NCBI RefSeq assembly: GCF_964355755.1 | Contig: NC_092677.1 | Coordinates: 26,027,175 to 26,091,174, forward strand | Reading direction: 5' to 3' | DNA length: 64,000 nt | Origin: Antedon mediterranea | Taxonomy: Eukaryota > Animalia > Echinodermata | Part shown: positions 62,601 through 64,000 of the stretch, piece after piece | How positions within the stretch are numbered: position 1 is the stretch's first letter | Layout of the letters: each line of letters begins with the position of its first letter | Program-made: the position numbers and the translations under genes | The notes under the pieces: model-generated | The model's input: the letters and a program-made list of their open reading frames with translations, nothing else | The model's database searches: none | Told to the model about the DNA's origin: nothing

Positions 62601-64000
62601 ACCGTTGTAATTTTTTCAGTGCTTATTACCTCCGCCAAGGAGGTTATGTTTTCACCCGTGTGTTTGTGTGTGTGTCTGTGAACAGCCTGGAGGCCACAGT
62701 TTTTATCCGATTCTAACCAAATTTGGACACAATGATCTATTCCCAAAAAGCTCGGACGAGTTCGAATTTGAGGGGGAAAGGTCATAGGTCAAGGTCACAA
62801 CTAACAAAAAACTATTTTACTGTCTAGAGACCACAGTTTTGATCCGATTCTCACCAAACTTAGCCACAATGATCAATGACACATCATATAATTGTGGTTA
62901 CATTTTGAAGGGTCAGGGTCAAAGATCAAGGTCCACAAAAAAAAAAAAGTTATGTAGAGGAATTTTACAGTAGGCGGAGGTTTGTACTCTCGGAGTACCC
63001 TCTAGTTTTATTTGTATCTCCATTGAAATCCAGCCACTGATATCCACAGCATTGTCATTTTTTTAGTGCTTATTTTATTTGTATCTCCATTGAAATCCAG
63101 CCACTGATACCTACAGCATTGTCATTTTTCAATGCTTATTTTATTTGTATCTCCATTGAAATCCAGCCACTGATACCTATAGCGTTATTTTATTTGTACT
63201 TGAAACACAGCATTGTTTTTTAGGTGATTTTCCTATGATATTATTTATAATTAAGTAAGTTTTTATTTTGTGGTTTATTCACAGTTGAGTATAAAGCATT
63301 TTGATAGAAGGCGACTTAGACATATTGAACTTGAAGAAAGCGTGTTACATTTGGTAGCAGAAGAAGAAGAACCAATTGACATTGTTGATAAAAACAAATG
63401 TGATGATAAAAATAGGAAATTGGATGAAAGTAGCAGTGATGAAACAACGTTAGAGGGAAGGAATTTGGAACTTTCTGGAACAAAATCTGCATCTAAGTTG
63501 AAAGATGATTCTAGTGACAGCAAGAATATCAATAACAGTTCCTCTTTCGAATCAAATTCGGAAGAAACAAACTCACAATCGAATGTTTGTTCAACTCAAT
63601 TGGATACATCTGTAATTAAAGATATAACTGGTTTTAATGATACCAATATCTCAAGTACTGAATCAAAGTTTAAAGAAATTGACTCAAAATCAAATATTTC
63701 TACAACTCAATTGGATAAATCTCAATTGGATACATCTGTAATTAAAGATATAACTGGTTTTAATGATACCAATATCTCATGTACTGAATCAAAGTGTAAA
63801 GAAATTGACTCGCAATTAAATATTTCTACAACTCAATTGGATAAATCTCAATTGGATACATCTGTAATGAAACATTTATTTGGTTTTGATGATACCAATA
63901 TTTCAAGTTCTGAATCAAAGTTTGAATTTAAGAAAACGAACTCAGAATCTACTGATTCGCAGTCAGATACTATACAGGACACAACTGGTTCTGATCTATA
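8549..64000 (+). CDS. ANKRD27: Ankyrin repeat domain-containing protein 27 / VARP (VPS9-ankyrin repeat protein); 3' end beyond window
   Basis: 24 in-frame GT-AG coding exons. N-terminus [14 protein letters not shown] resembles vertebrate VARP as I recall it; LFEETYFN motif; VPS9 core ([20 protein letters not shown]...[16 protein letters not shown]); two CHPLCxCxxC motifs; two ankyrin blocks (GxTPLH). Confidence 0.95.
8940..9512. mobile_element. TIR element with 17-bp subterminal tandem repeats (ggccgaatcgtcccag)
   Basis: gatctggt-gggacgattcggccc at left; six or seven inverted units then accagatc at right. Confidence 0.65.
10469..10591 (+). CDS. ANKRD27: ANKRD27 coding exon 2
   Basis: ICIPRSG...YENHILRP...LTASGK; ag/gtaag. 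Confidence 0.9.
10687..11029. mobile_element. MITE family B, TTAA-flanked with AG...CT termini (Kolobok-like)
   Basis: ttaa-agatatattgtccc ... ggacaatacatct-ttaa. Further copies about 18105-18420, 27755-28085, 47683-48013, 48288-48632, 53080-53422 (inverted); partial 27250-27420, 42640-42903, 57106-57310; 48652-49153 has the same TIRs but a different interior. Confidence 0.85.
11275..12540. mobile_element. Two adjacent, oppositely oriented copies of a ~450-bp TIR element (aggtttcgcaa...), the second interrupted by a SINE
   Basis: TIR aggtttcgc..tacgataacgaaaacggatacgtca / tgacgtatccgttttcgttatcgta..gaaacct at about 11280-11726 and 11737-12535; interiors are reverse complements. Confidence 0.8.
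12128..12442 (-). mobile_element. tRNA-derived SINE family 1
   Basis: minus strand head gagtgagtggccgagcggttaag (A box)...ggttcgaggc (B box), (aaac)n tail; closely similar copies at about 17458-17752 and 54565-54876. Confidence 0.85.
13237..13296 (+). CDS. ANKRD27: ANKRD27 coding exon 3
   Basis: [20 protein letters not shown]; ag/gt. Confidence 0.85.
13400..14090. repeat. degenerate (ATC)n microsatellite
   Basis: about 690 bp of catcat/aatcat. Confidence 0.95.
14130..14220 (+). CDS. ANKRD27: ANKRD27 coding exon 4
   Basis: [30 protein letters not shown]. Confidence 0.92.
14731..14805 (+). CDS. ANKRD27: ANKRD27 coding exon 5
   Basis: [24 protein letters not shown]. Confidence 0.85.
15230..15375 (+). 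CDS. ANKRD27: ANKRD27 coding exon 6
   Basis: ...[26 protein letters not shown]. Confidence 0.88.
15589..15711 (+). CDS. ANKRD27: ANKRD27 coding exon 7
   Basis: ...[19 protein letters not shown]... Confidence 0.9.
16351..16564 (+). CDS. ANKRD27: ANKRD27 coding exon 8 (VPS9 domain start)
   Basis: [11 protein letters not shown]...[23 protein letters not shown]. Confidence 0.93.
16600..16790 (+). mobile_element. L2/CR1-type LINE 3' remnant
   Basis: translates as [15 protein letters not shown]...LLKTYLF, the typical ORF2 C-terminal WNxLP motif. Confidence 0.6.
16979..17120 (+). CDS. ANKRD27: ANKRD27 coding exon 9 (VPS9 catalytic core)
   Basis: [38 protein letters not shown]. Confidence 0.95.
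17458..17752 (-). mobile_element. tRNA-derived SINE family 1 copy
   Basis: high similarity to 12128-12442. Confidence 0.82.
17819..18011 (+). CDS. ANKRD27: ANKRD27 coding exon 10
   Basis: [16 protein letters not shown]...SIELLFE. Confidence 0.9.
18672..18802 (+). CDS. ANKRD27: ANKRD27 coding exon 11 (Zn-fingernail 1)
   Basis: [14 protein letters not shown]. Confidence 0.93.
19061..19436 (+). mobile_element. Element bounded by 15-bp inverted repeats (solo LTR or MITE)
   Basis: cgtcgtgaggtggtt...aaccacctcacgacg; first 170-200 bp recur at about 45447-45650 and 57352-57525. Confidence 0.65.
20358..20440 (+). CDS. ANKRD27: ANKRD27 coding exon 12 (ankyrin)
   Basis: [17 protein letters not shown]. 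Confidence 0.93.
20573..21330. repeat. 59-bp minisatellite, about 12-13 copies, two variant types
   Basis: ctacagccaaa at 20633, 20692, 20751...; variants aatccagtagg and aagccaataag. Confidence 0.95.
21970..22190 (-). mobile_element. CORE-like SINE fragment nested in a family A MITE
   Basis: minus strand ggcaagatacttt..cctctctccacccaggtgtataaatgggtac resembles the SINE CORE domain; second copy about 47030-47220. Confidence 0.6.
22338..22453 (+). CDS. ANKRD27: ANKRD27 coding exon 13 (ankyrin)
   Basis: [21 protein letters not shown]. Confidence 0.93.
23593..23685 (+). CDS. ANKRD27: ANKRD27 coding exon 14 (ankyrin)
   Basis: [31 protein letters not shown]. Confidence 0.93.
23981..24089 (+). 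CDS. ANKRD27: ANKRD27 coding exon 15 (ankyrin)
   Basis: CVKAILYS...[13 protein letters not shown]. Confidence 0.93.
24216..24376 (+). CDS. ANKRD27: ANKRD27 coding exon 16
   Basis: [24 protein letters not shown]...YMMMM. Confidence 0.88.
25000..25110 (+). CDS. ANKRD27: ANKRD27 coding exon 17 (linker)
   Basis: TSPDGRQ...QQRARE; ag/gtagg, phase 0. Confidence 0.85.
25500..25664 (+). CDS. ANKRD27: ANKRD27 coding exon 18 (VAMP7-binding helix region, Zn-fingernail 2)
   Basis: [22 protein letters not shown]...[11 protein letters not shown]. Confidence 0.95.
26006..26440 (-). mobile_element. tRNA-like sequence enclosed by ~72-bp direct repeats
   Basis: direct repeats 26006-26077 and 26369-26440; minus strand tRNA-like gcccagtggtctaatggttagg...gagttagagtctcagtgggg at about 26106-26177. 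Confidence 0.55.
26638..26760. repeat. about 41-bp tandem repeat x3
   Basis: aaatattaatattttaaactaagttgagcatttatcctc. Confidence 0.85.
27483..27683 (+). CDS. ANKRD27: ANKRD27 coding exon 19 (ankyrin)
   Basis: [13 protein letters not shown]...[11 protein letters not shown]. Confidence 0.93.
29411..29760. repeat. about 187-bp tandem duplication
   Basis: ttttataacacacctac...cgtggcaaaatgtt twice. Confidence 0.85.
29926..30045 (+). CDS. ANKRD27: ANKRD27 coding exon 20 (ankyrin)
   Basis: [31 protein letters not shown]. Confidence 0.93.
31206..31603. mobile_element. MITE family C, TTA TSD (PIF/Harbinger-like)
   Basis: tta-aggcccatttacactagg...cctagtgtgaatgggcct-tta. Confidence 0.85.
31711..31876. 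mobile_element. MITE family A, intact copy
   Basis: both TIRs present (aactctgtctacac...gcgtagacagagct). Confidence 0.85.
32355..32842. repeat. about 56-bp minisatellite, about 9 copies
   Basis: recurrent cattactgcagtagatcttgtgttggtgtacagtacatct. Confidence 0.9.
33528..33689 (+). CDS. ANKRD27: ANKRD27 coding exon 21 (ankyrin)
   Basis: [23 protein letters not shown]...[12 protein letters not shown]. Confidence 0.92.
33890..34730. repeat. degenerate, nearly G-free repeat (aattcactccatat)
   Basis: many ttcactccat/tacactccat units. Confidence 0.9.
35331..35733. mobile_element. MITE family C, second copy in opposite orientation
   Basis: same TIRs and TTA TSD as 31206-31603; interior reverse-complemented. 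Confidence 0.85.
35847..36007. mobile_element. MITE family A, intact copy
   Basis: both TIRs present. Confidence 0.85.
39005..41360. repeat. 16-bp satellite (ctgataataccagggtc/gac), about 2.35 kb, with higher-order structure
   Basis: variant blocks recur at 252-bp and 949-bp offsets. Confidence 0.97.
43960..44000 (-). ncRNA. Second minimal type I hammerhead ribozyme motif (Penelope-like)
   Basis: Minus strand UAGCA-CUGAUGA-A-GGGC-UAGUGUU-GCCC-GAAA-GC-UC^UGCUA: 5-bp stem I, 4-bp GC stem II, stem III reduced to palindromic AGCU. Confidence 0.78.
44011..44055 (-). ncRNA. Type I hammerhead ribozyme motif (minimal, palindromic stem III)
   Basis: Minus strand CUGCA-CUGACGA-GAUCUAAUAAGUUC-GAAA-CAGUACUG-UC^UGCAG: intact CUGANGA and GAAA cores, GUC cleavage triplet, 5-bp stem I. 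Confidence 0.85.
50178..50545 (+). mobile_element. CR1/L2-type LINE 3' remnant
   Basis: [26 protein letters not shown] followed by T-rich UTR and (taaa)n tail. Confidence 0.6.
52490..52690 (+). mobile_element. tRNA-derived SINE family 2
   Basis: tagcttggtggttaa A-box-like, gattcaatcc B-box-like; copies about 25817-25990 (+), 56345-56430 (-), 24740-24870 (-). Confidence 0.7.
54565..54876 (-). mobile_element. tRNA-derived SINE family 1 copy
   Basis: high similarity to 12128-12442. Confidence 0.82.
55190..55283 (+). CDS. ANKRD27: ANKRD27 coding exon 22 (ankyrin capping helix)
   Basis: strong polypyrimidine+cag acceptor; [11 protein letters not shown]... continues the phase-0 frame; gtaaac donor. 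Confidence 0.7.
56799..57004. repeat. 102-bp tandem duplication
   Basis: tctgaacgctgctg at 56799 and 56901. Confidence 0.85.
57718..58370 (+). mobile_element. Helentron/DINE-1-like element, 3'-truncated
   Basis: same 5' hairpin, (gttt/gtct)n, and ttatgtag..aattttacagtaggc near the end as in 62628-63005. Confidence 0.6.
60859..61043 (+). CDS. ANKRD27: ANKRD27 coding exon 23 (WH2-like motif)
   Basis: phase-1 acceptor; [31 protein letters not shown]; gtaaat donor. Confidence 0.75.
61830..63190. repeat. 57-bp minisatellite, about 17 copies, split by a Helentron-like insertion
   Basis: unit ttgtatctccattgaaatccagccactgataaccacaccgttgtcatttttcaatgcttattttat. Confidence 0.95.
62628..63005 (+). 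mobile_element. Non-autonomous Helentron/DINE-1-like element inserted in a T run of the 57-bp array
   Basis: 5' acctccgccaaggaggt hairpin, GT microsatellite, 3' subTIR ggcggaggt, hairpin gtactc-tcg-gagtac, CTAG end, no TSD; related copy about 57718-58370. Confidence 0.75.
63285..64000 (+). CDS. ANKRD27: ANKRD27 coding exon 24 (second WH2/thymosin-like motif, acidic S/T-rich tail with 42-aa repeats); open at window end
   Basis: cacag acceptor; stop-free frame [19 protein letters not shown]... to end of window (absent from ORF track, probably because it has no stop). Confidence 0.75.
   Translation, partial: MSIKHFDRRRLRHIELEESVLHLVAEEEEPIDIVDKNKCDDKNRKLDESSSDETTLEGRNLELSGTKSASKLKDDSSDSKNINNSSSFESNSEETNSQSNVCSTQLDTSVIKDITGFNDTNISSTESKFKEIDSKSNISTTQLDKSQLDTSVIKDITGFNDTNISCTESKCKEIDSQLNISTTQLDKSQLDTSVMKHLFGFDDTNISSSESKFEFKKTNSESTDSQSDTIQDTTGSDL

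Noticed and set aside
62143-62610. 155-aa ORF of 19-aa repeats
   Set aside because: The 57-bp unit is a multiple of 3 and derives from a non-coding element; no splice or start context.

Overview
This is AT-rich, repeat-dense, intron-rich eukaryotic DNA from an invertebrate animal (a marine deuterostome such as an echinoderm is only my impression). Most ORFs in the supplied track are spurious. Two spliced + strand genes can be reconstructed by hand. (1) The 3' part of an EGF-like/ShK-domain protein gene: 8 visible exons, 1026-6715, all introns phase 1. (2) An ANKRD27/VARP orthologue: ATG 8549, 24 coding exons, running off the window end, with a VPS9 domain, two CHPLCxCxxC Zn-fingernails and two ankyrin blocks. 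Its C-terminal exons encode two WH2/beta-thymosin-like motifs and a 42-aa repeat tail. The introns hold many MITEs, tRNA-derived SINEs, Helentron-like elements, LINE 3' remnants and minisatellites. The most striking non-coding observation is a ~410-bp element on the minus strand of the 21.5-kb ANKRD27 intron (about 43837-44250). It carries two back-to-back minimal type I hammerhead ribozymes of the Penelope/retrozyme style, and its downstream tail matches the unit of the 57-bp tandem array at about 61830-63190. All coordinates were counted by hand; repeat boundaries are approximate.
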